64,000 nucleotides of DNA, taken from Chloroflexota bacterium (lineage in GTDB: Bacteria; Chloroflexota; UBA11872; VXOZ01). A program made the position numbers and the translations under genes. Below are positions 31,276 to 41,650 of this stretch, piece by piece. How positions within the stretch are numbered: position 1 is the stretch's first letter; the number at the start of each line of letters is the position of its first letter. The DNA lies in assembly GCA_965221905.1 (NCBI GenBank), contig OZ244922.1, positions 3,136,001-3,200,000 on the forward strand. The letters run 5' to 3'. The notes beneath the pieces were generated by a model, which was given only the letters and a program-made list of their open reading frames with translations, was not told the DNA's origin and searched no databases.

Positions 31276-32256
31276 ATGGAATACCGGCAACTAGGCACAA
31301 CCGGCGTGCGCGTCTCTGAAATTGCGTACGGCACGTTTCCGCTTGGAACCTATACCGATACGGACGCGGGCGCAGCGATGATTCACACCGCTATGGACCG
31401 CGGCGTAAACTTTATTGATTCCGCCAACGTCTATTTTAAAGGCCGATCGGAAGAAATCGTTGGCGCAGCGCTGAAGGGACGGCGCCAAGAGGTCGTCCTC
31501 GCCAGCAAGTTTGGCCACCCGATGGGAGCGGGCCCCAACGAAAGAGGCTCCTCACGCTACCACATCTACCATGAAATCGAGGATTCGCTGCGGCGTCTGC
31601 AAACCGACTACATCGATGTTTACTACTTCCACATCCCGGACCCGACCACGCCCCTCGAAGAGTCCATCCGCGCCATGGACGACCTGGTGCAACAAGGCAA
31701 AGTGCGCTATATCGGCACCTCCCACTTTGCCGCCTGGCAGATCGCGCACGGCCTGCGGCTGGCAGAGCGCAACCGGCTTGCGCCCTGGGTGGTGGAGCAA
31801 CCGCGCTACTGTCTGATAGACCGCGCGATCGAACAAGAGGTGGTACCCATGGCGCAGTCACTTGGAATCGGCATCGTGGCGCACAGTCCGCTCGGCGGCG
31901 GATTCCTCACCGGCAAGTACAAACCGGGTCAGCCGCCCCCGCCGGATTCCCGCTTTGCTGCCCGGCCCGACGGCATTAGCTCACTGCCGCAGCACTACGA
32001 TCTAATGATGACAGAGCCCAATCTCAGGGTTGTGGAGGCGGTGCGGACACTCGCGCAAGAGTACGACACCACGCCCAGCGCTATCGCCTTGGCGTGGGTG
32101 CTGGCGAAGCCATTTGTGTCATCCGCCATTATCGGGCCCAAGAATTCGATGCAACTGGAGGACAACCTGGCAGCGGCAGATGTGACACTCGCGCCCGAAG
32201 AGGTTGCACAGCTCGATGCAGTCTCCGACTTTGCCCGCAACCACGTACGTTGGTAA
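31276..32256 (+). CDS. Aldo/keto reductase
   Basis: IDSANVY, SLRRLQTDYID, GKVRYIG and SPLGGG. Confidence 0.95.
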   Translation: MEYRQLGTTGVRVSEIAYGTFPLGTYTDTDAGAAMIHTAMDRGVNFIDSANVYFKGRSEEIVGAALKGRRQEVVLASKFGHPMGAGPNERGSSRYHIYHEIEDSLRRLQTDYIDVYYFHIPDPTTPLEESIRAMDDLVQQGKVRYIGTSHFAAWQIAHGLRLAERNRLAPWVVEQPRYCLIDRAIEQEVVPMAQSLGIGIVAHSPLGGGFLTGKYKPGQPPPPDSRFAARPDGISSLPQHYDLMMTEPNLRVVEAVRTLAQEYDTTPSAIALAWVLAKPFVSSAIIGPKNSMQLEDNLAAADVTLAPEEVAQLDAVSDFARNHVRW

Positions 32257-32472
32257 GTGCGGCAACGTAGAGTGGTTCGCAACGACATTACGTCCTTCTT
32301 CGCGAAATTGCCTTGCTCCGTTCCCGGCTTCAAGCTTATCGTCTTAGCCCGCTGCACAGATTCTTACCGGCTCAAACCTCTTATCGGAATCGTTACGGTG
32401 TGTGCCTCGGCAGCGCAATTGGGCTACTCTTAAAGCTATGCAGACTGCTAGCACCACACCGGCGGGCGCGCC

Positions 32473-34224
32473 GTGAATAGGCTTTTCACGTTACTTGCAA
32501 ACAGGACGCGCCTGTTACTCGCGTTCCTCATTTGCTTGGGGGTGCTCTTGGGCGCGCTCCAACTCCACCCGCACCTGGGGCTCTTCAACGACGACGCCGA
32601 GTATCTCGTGCTTGGAGAGGCCCTCGCCAGCGGACAGGGTTACACGTGGGCGAACGATCCGCTGCAGCCGCCGCACAACAAATACCCACCGGGATACCCG
32701 CTAGCGGTCGCGGGTGTACTGCTGCTTACCGGCCACGCCGACGACGCCAACGGCGGCATCATTCCCGCCAAACTGCTGACTCTCTTGGCCTTTGCGGGGG
32801 CACTAGTCCTGTTGTGGTTGCTGTTATCCCGCACGCAGCGCGAGCCGGGATTCGAGCCATTGCTCGCGGTGGGGCTATTCGCCGTCAACCCCTTCGTGCT
32901 TGAGTACGCAGTGCAGATCATGTCCGAACTGCCCTACACGTTGCTCTCGCTCCTCGCCCTCTGGGCAGCAACACGCTACGGCCCGGAACGCCATGCCTCA
33001 GCGAGACAAAACCCCCACCCAGACCCGCATACCCACTCAAACATCCAATCCTCTGCACTCCGTCATTCCCGCGAAAGCGGGAATCCACCGTCCGATAGAG
33101 GCGAAAACTCGATTGCCGCGAGCCAAGCCCCACCAATCGCCGCGACCGAACGCACAACGACCCGGCGCCGCATCCCGTGGCGCCAACTCCTGTTGCTCGC
33201 CATTTTGGCAGTGCTCTGCTATTACGTGCGAGGCGTGGGTGCAACTGTGGTGGTCAGTTTGGTACTTTGGCTGCTCCTTCACCGTCAGATGCGCGGAGCC
33301 ATCGTGATCGGAGGTGTGAGTGCGGTGCTCATCGGCCTGTGGCAGGTGCGCAACGCTATTACCTTGCCCGTCACGATCTACTCATATCAGTTCTTCCTGA
33401 AAGACCAAGAGAACTTTTCCGCGGGCACCATTGGATTCACTGATCTCCTTGCGCGCATTGCGAGCAACATGGAGCACTATGTGCTGGCGGGATTCCTGGA
33501 TGTCGATCGGCCCGGACTCGGCATTATCGTTAGTGTGATCGCGGGAGTAGGCTGGCTAATCGCCGCATTCGGCTGGGGCATCCAACTCAGGCGGCAGTTC
33601 TCGCTCGTGGCCGTATACACATTCGTCTACCTGGGCGTCGTGTTCATCTGGTCCTATGCCAGTGGGCGCTTTCTCATCCCAGTCATCCCGTTTCTGGGCT
33701 ACTACGGTCTCATTGGCGGACGCGTACTCTTGGAGCGCGCTTTCGCCCCGCGCGCGACGCAGGGCATCATAGTGACCGGCGTCTCCCTCTTGATCGCCAT
33801 GCTGGTCTTGGCAAACGGTGTGTACATTCGCACCAATGTCGAGCGTTGGAGCAGCGACCCAGCCCAGTACTACCGTTTCGATTCGCAGTGGTCGTCGTAT
33901 ATCCAATCAGCACAGTGGCTCCGGGAGAATCTCAGCCAGGAAGACGTCATCTTGGCGCGGCGCCACTTTGCTATGTATGTGTACAGCAGCCGCTTGACTG
34001 CAAAGTACCGTTACGACACCGACGACTATGAGATAGGCTACTTGCTGAGCGGCACGGCGACCAAGTTTGTGGTGGAAGACGCATTCGCCGGCGCGCGGGG
34101 CGACTTTTCATTGCTGCCGCCGGCATTGGCAGCAATTGACGGCGGTCTGGAGCTCGTCTACACCACGCCCCGCGATCCTCCCGTCCGTGTGTGGCGTCTG
34201 GAGCGACCTCCAGGCGCAAGATGA
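32473..34224 (+). CDS. GT-C fold membrane glycosyltransferase (ArnT/PMT-like)
   Basis: NDDAEY, YPPGYP, MSE and RFLIP motifs; many TM helices; hydrophilic insert containing a REP. Confidence 0.75.
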   Translation: MNRLFTLLANRTRLLLAFLICLGVLLGALQLHPHLGLFNDDAEYLVLGEALASGQGYTWANDPLQPPHNKYPPGYPLAVAGVLLLTGHADDANGGIIPAKLLTLLAFAGALVLLWLLLSRTQREPGFEPLLAVGLFAVNPFVLEYAVQIMSELPYTLLSLLALWAATRYGPERHASARQNPHPDPHTHSNIQSSALRHSRESGNPPSDRGENSIAASQAPPIAATERTTTRRRIPWRQLLLLAILAVLCYYVRGVGATVVVSLVLWLLLHRQMRGAIVIGGVSAVLIGLWQVRNAITLPVTIYSYQFFLKDQENFSAGTIGFTDLLARIASNMEHYVLAGFLDVDRPGLGIIVSVIAGVGWLIAAFGWGIQLRRQFSLVAVYTFVYLGVVFIWSYASGRFLIPVIPFLGYYGLIGGRVLLERAFAPRATQGIIVTGVSLLIAMLVLANGVYIRTNVERWSSDPAQYYRFDSQWSSYIQSAQWLRENLSQEDVILARRHFAMYVYSSRLTAKYRYDTDDYEIGYLLSGTATKFVVEDAFAGARGDFSLLPPALAAIDGGLELVYTTPRDPPVRVWRLERPPGAR

Positions 34225-34328
34225 AGAATCATTCGGATATCTCGTAGGATGCCTACGCTCCCGAAAGCAGCCTATCAGTCACAGGGCGGCCGGACGTTAA
34301 AGGACATCAGTCGGGACGATTGAAAACG

Positions 34329-35258
34329 TCAATCGGGGCGACTGAAGATGTCAATGAAAAAGGCGGCGACGCGCTCGACGTATGCGTCGCCAAGCACTTG
34401 ATGTGAGCGGACGTGGCCGGCGTCCGGTACAATCAAAATCTCCTTTGGCCCCTCTGCAGCCAGATAGAGTTGGTAGGCATCTTGCACGAAGACGACGTCG
34501 TCTTCCGTACCGTGAATGATCAGAATAGGGCAGGGCGCGATCTGCTTGATCCGAGCCAACGGTTGTACGACGCCGAGCACCTCATTCAGTCCCACACCGG
34601 CAAACCGGCTTGCAAACCATACCGTCGGTGTGCGAAATACAGACGGCGGCAGATTGGCAATTCTGCGAAAGCCGTGGTCTATAGCTCCTTTGAGTGTCGC
34701 GAACGCGCTGTCGGTCACTAAGGCGCGGACCCCACGCCCCTCCTTGATCGTGAGGAGCGCCGTCGCAGCACCCATTGAAACACCGTACACGCCGATGCGG
34801 TCCGGGTCCACGTCGCGGCGCGAGCGGAGGTATTCCAGCGCTCCCAGCACGTCCCGCTGCTCCCACAGCCCCAGTGTCGTCGCATCTCCTTCGCTCATCC
34901 CATGTCCGCGAAAATCAAGTAGAAGGCACTGTAGATCCTGCGCGAACAGGTCGTAAGCCAGGTGCACCAATCCGAAGTGATTTGTGCCAAAGCCATGGAG
35001 CATCAGCAAGGTACCGCGGGGCCGCGGATGCGCGAGAAACCAACCGGCGAGCCGCGTGCCGTCGGTAGCCGGGAAGGCCAGCGGTTCTAGCGCAGGCTCC
35101 GCTGCGGGCAGTTCATCGAGCCGCCAGCTACGGTTAGGGTGAATGAGGTTATTCCCTGTGCGCGCAGATATTCTTAGCACCGTGCCGACCGCTACAATTG
35201 CGACCAAGCCGACAACCACGATTATCTGAATGTAAAGGCCGGTTAACGCTTGAAGCAC
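34329..35258 (-). CDS. Alpha/beta hydrolase with N-terminal TM helix
   Basis: HGF, DFRGHG, GVSMG, HGTEDD and GH catalytic triad. Confidence 0.9.
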   Translation of the reverse strand: MLQALTGLYIQIIVVVGLVAIVAVGTVLRISARTGNNLIHPNRSWRLDELPAAEPALEPLAFPATDGTRLAGWFLAHPRPRGTLLMLHGFGTNHFGLVHLAYDLFAQDLQCLLLDFRGHGMSEGDATTLGLWEQRDVLGALEYLRSRRDVDPDRIGVYGVSMGAATALLTIKEGRGVRALVTDSAFATLKGAIDHGFRRIANLPPSVFRTPTVWFASRFAGVGLNEVLGVVQPLARIKQIAPCPILIIHGTEDDVVFVQDAYQLYLAAEGPKEILIVPDAGHVRSHQVLGDAYVERVAAFFIDIFSRPD

Positions 35259-35551
35259 GCTCTTCTACTCTCTTCACTCAGACTTTCAAATTCATCGTAT
35301 CAGTAATCTTTGCTTCGTCGCTTGCGGCTGCCTGGGAGACCAGACAGTCTCCCAGTGAAGAGGCATGCAATGGGAAAACGAGAGAGTGCGAATTGGACGG
35401 ATGAATTGGTGTCATGTCAACTGCCGGCATAGTGGGCGCCGCAACGGGGAAGTCGATTGAGCCGAGATCGAGGGCAACTCTGCATGGGCGTATCGGCACG
35501 CCGCGCCACCTGCCAAGCAAGCAATGTCGGCGCGTGATATTCAGCATCACA

Positions 35552-35581
35552 CGTAGGGGCACGACAGGTCGTGCCCCTACG
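35552..35581. repeat. GTAG-type REP palindrome (family C)
   Basis: CGTAGGGGCACGACAGGTCGTGCCCCTACG; further copies at 45752 and 52721. Confidence 0.8.
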
Positions 35582-35638
35582 GTGGCAGACCCAGCACAAT
35601 TGGGAGCGGAAGGGATCGGAGGCGCTGCTCGGACGTAC

Positions 35639-35667
35639 TTGACGCTCCCCTATGGCGGGGATATGAT
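35639..35667 (+). promoter_or_regulatory. Sigma70-type promoter of tRNA-Gln
   Basis: TTGACG-17 nt-TATGAT, 8 nt before the tRNA. Confidence 0.7.
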
Positions 35668-35675
35668 TAAGCAGG

Positions 35676-35747
35676 TGGGGCGTCGCCAAGCGGTAAGGCA
35701 CGGGCCTTTGGAGCCCGCATACGTAGGTTCGAATCCTACCGCCCCAG
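35676..35747 (+). tRNA. tRNA-Gln(TTG)
   Basis: Cloverleaf; anticodon arm CGGGC-CTTTGGA-GCCCG; CCA not encoded. Confidence 0.95.
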
Positions 35748-35899
35748 CCGCGAGTATGCGAGCGGCGCAAAAGGAGGAAGGGTGTAGGCGGATTGCGCGT
35801 CCGTAGGACGACAGACTGCGTCCGTAGGACGACAGCAACGCTAAGCGACACGAATCCGGCACATGCTGCCGGGGCGTGGTACGCGCTGCCTTCTAACCC

Positions 35900-37306
35900 A
35901 TGACAGAGAGCGACCCGGACCCTCACCAATCCACTGCCGCTATCATCTTGGCTACCGGCCAATCAGAGCGGATGCAGTCTCAACGCGCTACGGTCTTGCA
36001 TGCGCTTGCCGGTCGCCCCATGGCTGTATACCCTGCGCAATCAGCGCGTAAAGCTGGCTGTTCTCCCCTGGTAGCAGCCTGTACTGCTGACACTGTTCAG
36101 TTGCAGGACTTCTTTGGCCCCGCAACTACCTGTGCGCTCCCGACGGACGTGAACCGGCTGGAAGCGGCAGTCGCCGCGATACCGGATACCCGCAGTTCGC
36201 TCTTGGTTGTCTCGGGCGCCATGCCGCTCCTCTCCCATGAGACGATGTCTCGTCTCATTCAGTGCCGGCAAGAGACCTCCGCTCCGGTTGTATTGCTTTC
36301 AAATCCGCACCCAGACCCCACGTACGGTGGTTGCGGCATCATTCGCGACTCCACCGGTCGAGTCCGATGTGTGCTTGCGGATGAAGACCCGAGCGTTGGG
36401 GACGCTCCGTTGGAAATCGTCAGCACCGGCGTGGCGTGCGTAGCGCGTGCATGGCTTTGGGAACACCGCAGCGCCGTGCAGGCGCAAGACGAACTCTTTG
36501 TCGCTTCCCTTCTGGCGCTTGCCATAGCCGAGGGAATCCCTGTGGAAACAGTGTGCCTTACGGGCGCGGCAGTCGAATTGCTCCAAATCAGGGACCGTGC
36601 AGACTTGGCCCTCGCCGAGAGTACGCTGCGCAAACGGATACGCGCGCGGGCGATGCGCGGCGGCGTAACCCTGGTAGACCCGGCGACGACCTGGATCGAT
36701 GACACGGTGACGTTCGGGCAGGACATTACGGTATTGCCGAACTGTCACCTGTACGGCGATTCTGCCGTAGGAGACAACTGTACGATCGGGCCCGGTACCC
36801 GTCTGCAGGACACACGCCTCGCGGCTAATGTAACCGCTATGGAGTCGGTGCTGGAGGGCGCGGAAGTCAGCGAAAACGTGCGCATCGGCCCTTTCGCCCA
36901 CCTGCGGCCGGGGACAGTGATCGGCCACGATGTGGAAATCGGCAACTACGCCGAACTCAAGAATACCCGGGTTAGTCCCGGCGCTAAGATACACCACGTG
37001 GGCTACCTAGGTGATACAGTAGTCGGAAACAACGCAAACATTGGCGCCGGCGCCATCACATGCAACTATGACGGTGCGGTGAAGCATGAGACCGAGATAG
37101 GAGACGGCGCTTTTGTGGGCAGCGGCACGTTGCTGGTAGCGCCGGTGCGGGTGGGCAGCAATGCGATGACGGGTGCGGGTTCCGTGGTCACGCGGGATGT
37201 GCCTCCGTCGGTGAAAGCCTATGGCGTGCCGGCACGCGTGCGGGGGATGCGCGCGCTGCCTGCGGAAGACGAGCAGCCGCTACCGGACGAAAAGCGTGGC
37301 GCATGA
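35900..37306 (+). CDS. glmU: GlmU-like protein: intact acetyltransferase (left-handed beta-helix), degenerate uridyltransferase domain
   Basis: GPFAHLRPG, HHVGYLGD and NIGAGAITCNYDG intact; N-terminal catalytic motifs altered. Confidence 0.85.
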   Translation: MTESDPDPHQSTAAIILATGQSERMQSQRATVLHALAGRPMAVYPAQSARKAGCSPLVAACTADTVQLQDFFGPATTCALPTDVNRLEAAVAAIPDTRSSLLVVSGAMPLLSHETMSRLIQCRQETSAPVVLLSNPHPDPTYGGCGIIRDSTGRVRCVLADEDPSVGDAPLEIVSTGVACVARAWLWEHRSAVQAQDELFVASLLALAIAEGIPVETVCLTGAAVELLQIRDRADLALAESTLRKRIRARAMRGGVTLVDPATTWIDDTVTFGQDITVLPNCHLYGDSAVGDNCTIGPGTRLQDTRLAANVTAMESVLEGAEVSENVRIGPFAHLRPGTVIGHDVEIGNYAELKNTRVSPGAKIHHVGYLGDTVVGNNANIGAGAITCNYDGAVKHETEIGDGAFVGSGTLLVAPVRVGSNAMTGAGSVVTRDVPPSVKAYGVPARVRGMRALPAEDEQPLPDEKRGA

Positions 37307-37396
37307 AAGACTAACGGTCAGAGGTGTGTTTTAGAGACGTACTCGTTTGCGTCCAGGGGTGGTACGGCAGGAAGGGTGTGCTTTAGTAAGGAGTAA

Positions 37397-38713
37397 TTGA
37401 TTTTGGATCCGTCAAGTTGGGGTCAGATTCTCGGCATTCTTATCCTAACGCTATTCAACGGGTTCTTTGCAGCGACAGAAACCTCGGTTATTTCCGTAAG
37501 CCGCGCGCGCATCCAGCAACTGGCGGATGAGGGCGTTAGAAACGCGCGCATCGTTAAGGGCTTTCACCAGAATATCGAGCGATTCCTCACGACTATCCAG
37601 ATCGCGATCACGACGGTCGGGTTCCTCGCGTCCGCTATTGGCGCAGTGAGCTTCTCGGACGACCTGGGTCGCGTCATCGGCAACGACCTGATCGCCCTCA
37701 TTTTGATCACGATGACGATTGCCTTCGTCAGCATTGTCTTGGGCGAAATCGTGCCCAAGACAATGGCTATCACCCATGCCGAGCGCTTTGCCTTGCTCTC
37801 GGCACGGGTGATATTGGTCACACAATCGGCCTTTCATCCGCTCGTCTGGCTAATTTCCCACGCGAGCAATCTCATCACGCACCGCTTTGGACGCGAGGCG
37901 CTGACTGCGGTGCCCACGGTCACGGAAGAAGAGATCAAGCTGATGGTGGACACCGGCGGCAAGGAGGGAGTGATCGAAGAAGGCGAGCGCGAGATGATCC
38001 ACGGCGTGTTTGAACTGGGCGAGTTGACCGTCGGTGACATCATGTCTCCCCGTGTCGATATCGTGACCTTGGAGGGTGACAGCACACTGTCCGATGCTAT
38101 CCGCACTTCCTCTGAACATGGCTATTCCCGCATCCCGGTCTATGAAGAGACGATTGACAACATAAAGGGGGTAGTTTATGTCAAGGACATGCTCCCCTAT
38201 GTGGAAGCGGACAAGCTCGATACGCTCGTGCGTGACGTGATGCGTGAGCCGTACTTCGTGCCTGAATCGAAAAAGCTAAGCGACTTCTTGCAGGAGATGC
38301 AGCAGAAGCGAGTGCACGCCGCGATTTGCGTTGACGAGTTCGGCGGCGTTGCCGGCCTCGTGACCATTGAAGACGTGCTTGAAGAGATCGTGGGGGAGAT
38401 TCAGGACGAGCACGACGCGGAAGAACCGCGCGTCGAAATGGTGAATGATTTGGAAGCCGTGGTGGACCCAACGGTCAGCATGCACGACTTGAATGATATA
38501 CTCGGCATCAGCCTTGAGAATGAAGAGGTGGATACCCTGGGCGGAGTGATCTTTGCGCACCTCGGCCGCATGGCTGACGAGGGAGATGAACTCAAATTCG
38601 ATGGCGTTACGGTCTCAGTGTTAACCGTCGAAGGTACGCGCATCAAGAAAGTTCTCGTGCGCAAGGAGCCGCGCTCAGGACAGGATCAAGAAGGCGCTGA
38701 GACGAATGATTGA
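37397..38713 (+). CDS. CNNM/DUF21-CBS-CorC domain (hemolysin/TlyC family) protein
   Basis: NGFFAATE, GEIVPK, YSRIPVY and DEFGG..GLVTIED.LEEIVGEI.DE. Confidence 0.93.
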   Translation: MILDPSSWGQILGILILTLFNGFFAATETSVISVSRARIQQLADEGVRNARIVKGFHQNIERFLTTIQIAITTVGFLASAIGAVSFSDDLGRVIGNDLIALILITMTIAFVSIVLGEIVPKTMAITHAERFALLSARVILVTQSAFHPLVWLISHASNLITHRFGREALTAVPTVTEEEIKLMVDTGGKEGVIEEGEREMIHGVFELGELTVGDIMSPRVDIVTLEGDSTLSDAIRTSSEHGYSRIPVYEETIDNIKGVVYVKDMLPYVEADKLDTLVRDVMREPYFVPESKKLSDFLQEMQQKRVHAAICVDEFGGVAGLVTIEDVLEEIVGEIQDEHDAEEPRVEMVNDLEAVVDPTVSMHDLNDILGISLENEEVDTLGGVIFAHLGRMADEGDELKFDGVTVSVLTVEGTRIKKVLVRKEPRSGQDQEGAETND

Positions 38714-39032
38714 GGCGAGATGGGATAGCCAAGAGCGAATGTATATCCTTTATCCCATCACGAACACGGCCAAACGAAATAAGTGATGTGGGCAAGATTG
38801 CGTGTCCAACTTAAAGGAGCCCACGGTATTGCTGAACCCTTGCGGCTCTGCATTTGAGAAACGCAACAAGGCTGTGAGTGAGACAACTCGCAGCCTTACG
38901 TAATTCAGACAGCAATTGGTAAACGGAGTGCGGTTGAGAGGGACACGAGGCAAACACCAAGCACACCGCTTTACCGCTGTTTGGCATGTGCGTCTGGCGA
39001 TCTCGCTTTTCTGCGATACTTGATGAAGCTCT

Positions 39033-39797
39033 ATGGCGAAAGAACGTACCTACATTGCGGAAGCGCTAGTTCTGCGGCGGTCGGACTTCTTAGAAGCAGA
39101 TAGGCGCCTGACGCTGCTTACGCCCGACCGCGGACGGCTGAACGTGGTCGCCAAAGGGGTGCGCAGGCCGGCAAGCCGCATGGCGGGGCACCTGGAACTC
39201 TTCACGCTCGCCAAGGTGTTTGTAGTGCGACGCCGCAGCCTGGACCTGGTGGTGCAGGCCGAAACCGTGGAAACCTTCCCCCATCTGCGCACCGACCTCA
39301 ACCGCTTGCCATATGCCTATCAAGCCATAGAGACGGCCCATATCCTGGTTGAAGAAGAGGTGGAATCCCACACGGAGTTCATCTTGCTACTAAAGGCCCT
39401 GGGCGCGCTGGCAGCAACCAATGCCTTGCCGCTGGTCTTAGTAGCCTATAAACTACAACTATTGGCAAGTCTTGGGTATCAGGCCCAACTCCAAGAGTGC
39501 GCGCGGTGCGGCAAGCCGCTCTCAGATGACGGCAACCGGGTGCGCCCGGATACCGGTGGCGTGGTGTGCGCGCCCTGCGGTGGAGTCTCCGGCCTGGCGA
39601 TTGCGGTGCGCACGATCAAGTGCCTACGCTGGTTGGCGCGCGAACCCCTGCAGACCGTTGAGCGCCTGCAGGTCGACCCGGCTACAACCGTCCAACTTGA
39701 ACAGACCGCAGATGCGTTTGTGCGCTACATCGCCGAGCAGGACTTGAAAACCGCGCCCTTTATGGAACGTATGCGTGCGCTAAAGACTCAGTCGTGA
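39033..39797 (+). CDS. recO: DNA repair protein RecO
   Basis: EADR.LTLLT..G.....AKG.R, plus Zn finger CARC...CAPC. Confidence 0.95.
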   Translation: MAKERTYIAEALVLRRSDFLEADRRLTLLTPDRGRLNVVAKGVRRPASRMAGHLELFTLAKVFVVRRRSLDLVVQAETVETFPHLRTDLNRLPYAYQAIETAHILVEEEVESHTEFILLLKALGALAATNALPLVLVAYKLQLLASLGYQAQLQECARCGKPLSDDGNRVRPDTGGVVCAPCGGVSGLAIAVRTIKCLRWLAREPLQTVERLQVDPATTVQLEQTADAFVRYIAEQDLKTAPFMERMRALKTQS

Positions 39798-39808
39798 AGG
39801 GAATCACG

Positions 39809-41146
39809 TTGGCAGCAAAATCAGATGTAATGGAAGAAATCGTTAGTTTGTGTAAGCGGCGGGGATTTGTCTATCCCTCCAGCGAAATCTACGGTGGTTT
39901 CGAGAGCTTCTGGGACTACGGGCCGCTGGGGATTGCGCTGAAACGCAATGTGCGCGAGGCCTGGTGGCACAATACCGTCCGTGCGCGAGAGAATGTGGTC
40001 GGCATTGAGACCGGAGTCGTGATGAACCCCAATGTGTGGCGGACAACCGGCCACGCCTCCCACTTTGCCGATACGCTGGTGGAGTGCACGAGTTGCAACC
40101 AACGCTTTCGCGTGGACCATTTGGAAGGCGAAGAGTGTCCCAATTGCGGCGGTGACTTCACTGAGCCCCGCCGCTTCTTGACTATGTTCAAGACGTTCGT
40201 CGGCCCGGTGGAGGATGATTCTGCCGTTGCCTACCTGCGTCCCGAAACCGCCCAGGGCATGTTTGTGAACTTCAAGAACGTGCTCAATACGTCGCGGCTG
40301 CGTCTGCCCTTTGGCATCGCCCAGATCGGCAAGTCATACCGCAACGAGATTACGACCGGAAACTTCATCTTTCGCCAGCGGGAGTTCGAGCAGATGGAGT
40401 TGGAATTCTTCTGCGAGCCCGGCACCGATGACGAGTGGCACGCGTATTGGCTCGAGACTCGGCGCCAATGGTACCTAGCTTACGGCGTGAAAGAAGAAAA
40501 TATACGCTTGCGCCAGCATGGGGATGACGAACTTGCCTTCTATGCCAAGTACTGCTGGGACATCGAATATCAGTTCCCCTTTGGCTGGGGCGAGTTGGAG
40601 GGCATCTCCAACCGCACCGACTACGACCTGCGCAATCACAGCGAAGCCACCGGCCAGGACCTCACCTTCTACGACGAAGAGAAGAAAGAACACATCGTCC
40701 CCTACGTGATCGAGCCCGCCGCCGGAGCGGACCGCGCGCTGCTGACGTTCTTACTCGAAGCCTACGATATAGACGTAGACGCGAAAGGCGATTCACGTGT
40801 CGTGCTGCGGTTCCATCCGTTTCTCGCGCCGATCAAGGCGGCGGTCTTGCCGCTGGTGAAGAAAGGCGGCCTGCCGGACATCGCCAAAGAGATCGTGGCG
40901 GAATTGCAATTGCAATGGGAAGTCTTCTACGACGAAAGCGGCAGCATCGGTCGCCGCTACCGGCGGCAGGACGAGGTAGGTACGCCGTTCGGCATTACGG
41001 TGGACTTTCAAACCAAAGACGACGACACAGTGACCGTGCGCCACCGCGACAGCATGGAGCAGGAACGCGTGCCAATTGCGGAACTCACGGCCTTTATGGC
41101 ACAACACATTCGCCCTGAGCCGAATCCTGAACTGCCTTGCGGTTAA
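39809..41146 (+). CDS. glyQS: Glycine--tRNA ligase (alpha2 type)
   Basis: SEIYGG, LRPETAQG, FIFRQREFEQME and SIGRRYRRQDE. Confidence 0.96.
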   Translation: MAAKSDVMEEIVSLCKRRGFVYPSSEIYGGFESFWDYGPLGIALKRNVREAWWHNTVRARENVVGIETGVVMNPNVWRTTGHASHFADTLVECTSCNQRFRVDHLEGEECPNCGGDFTEPRRFLTMFKTFVGPVEDDSAVAYLRPETAQGMFVNFKNVLNTSRLRLPFGIAQIGKSYRNEITTGNFIFRQREFEQMELEFFCEPGTDDEWHAYWLETRRQWYLAYGVKEENIRLRQHGDDELAFYAKYCWDIEYQFPFGWGELEGISNRTDYDLRNHSEATGQDLTFYDEEKKEHIVPYVIEPAAGADRALLTFLLEAYDIDVDAKGDSRVVLRFHPFLAPIKAAVLPLVKKGGLPDIAKEIVAELQLQWEVFYDESGSIGRRYRRQDEVGTPFGITVDFQTKDDDTVTVRHRDSMEQERVPIAELTAFMAQHIRPEPNPELPCG

Positions 41147-41274
41147 GGGCCCCTCGTGATTCTTTCTGAAGATCTGGCACGCTCGTCGCCTTGCATCTGC
41201 ACTAAAGAGTAGGCTTTAGGCGTATGTTATACTGATATTGACGATAACTCAAAGTAGTTGCTTAAGGTCTGTCT

Positions 41275-41529
41275 ATGGCGATGTTTGATACGCACAAGGC
41301 GATAAAAACCCTTACGGGCACGGGCTTCAATGAATCCCAGGCTGAGGCGCTCGTGGACTTGGTGGGCGCAGAGCGAGGCGAACTCGTTACTAAGTCAGAC
41401 CTCCGGACAGAACTACAGGCGTTGGAATTGCGTATTGAAAAGCGATTTCACCAGTTAACGATTCAGCTTGTTTTGTTGTTTGTCGCGTTAGCAGGTGTGT
41501 TAACCGCACTGGAGCTAATACCGCAATAG
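41275..41529 (+). CDS. Small coiled-coil protein with C-terminal TM (DUF1640/CCDC90-like)
   Basis: FDTH...K.L...GF...QAEA, LVTK.DL. Confidence 0.75.
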   Translation: MAMFDTHKAIKTLTGTGFNESQAEALVDLVGAERGELVTKSDLRTELQALELRIEKRFHQLTIQLVLLFVALAGVLTALELIPQ

Positions 41530-41595
41530 CCTCTGGATTCATTTGGCTTCACCCGCGAAGGGCTTGAAGCGAGCAAGACACGTGAACGAGAATCT

Positions 41596-41628
41596 AAAAG
41601 CCCGCTACTGTCGTAGCGGGCTCTTTTT
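41596..41628. terminator. Bidirectional intrinsic terminator
   Basis: AAAAGCCCGCTAC-TGTC-GTAGCGGGCTCTTTTT between convergent genes. Confidence 0.8.
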
Positions 41629-41650
41629 CCTAAAATACGGGCACACTCTT

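Noticed and set aside
35797-35835. 18-bp direct repeat GCGTCCGTAGGACGACAG after tRNA-Gln as an att site
   Set aside because: Adjacent tandem duplication, not a copy of the tRNA 3' end; no integrase nearby
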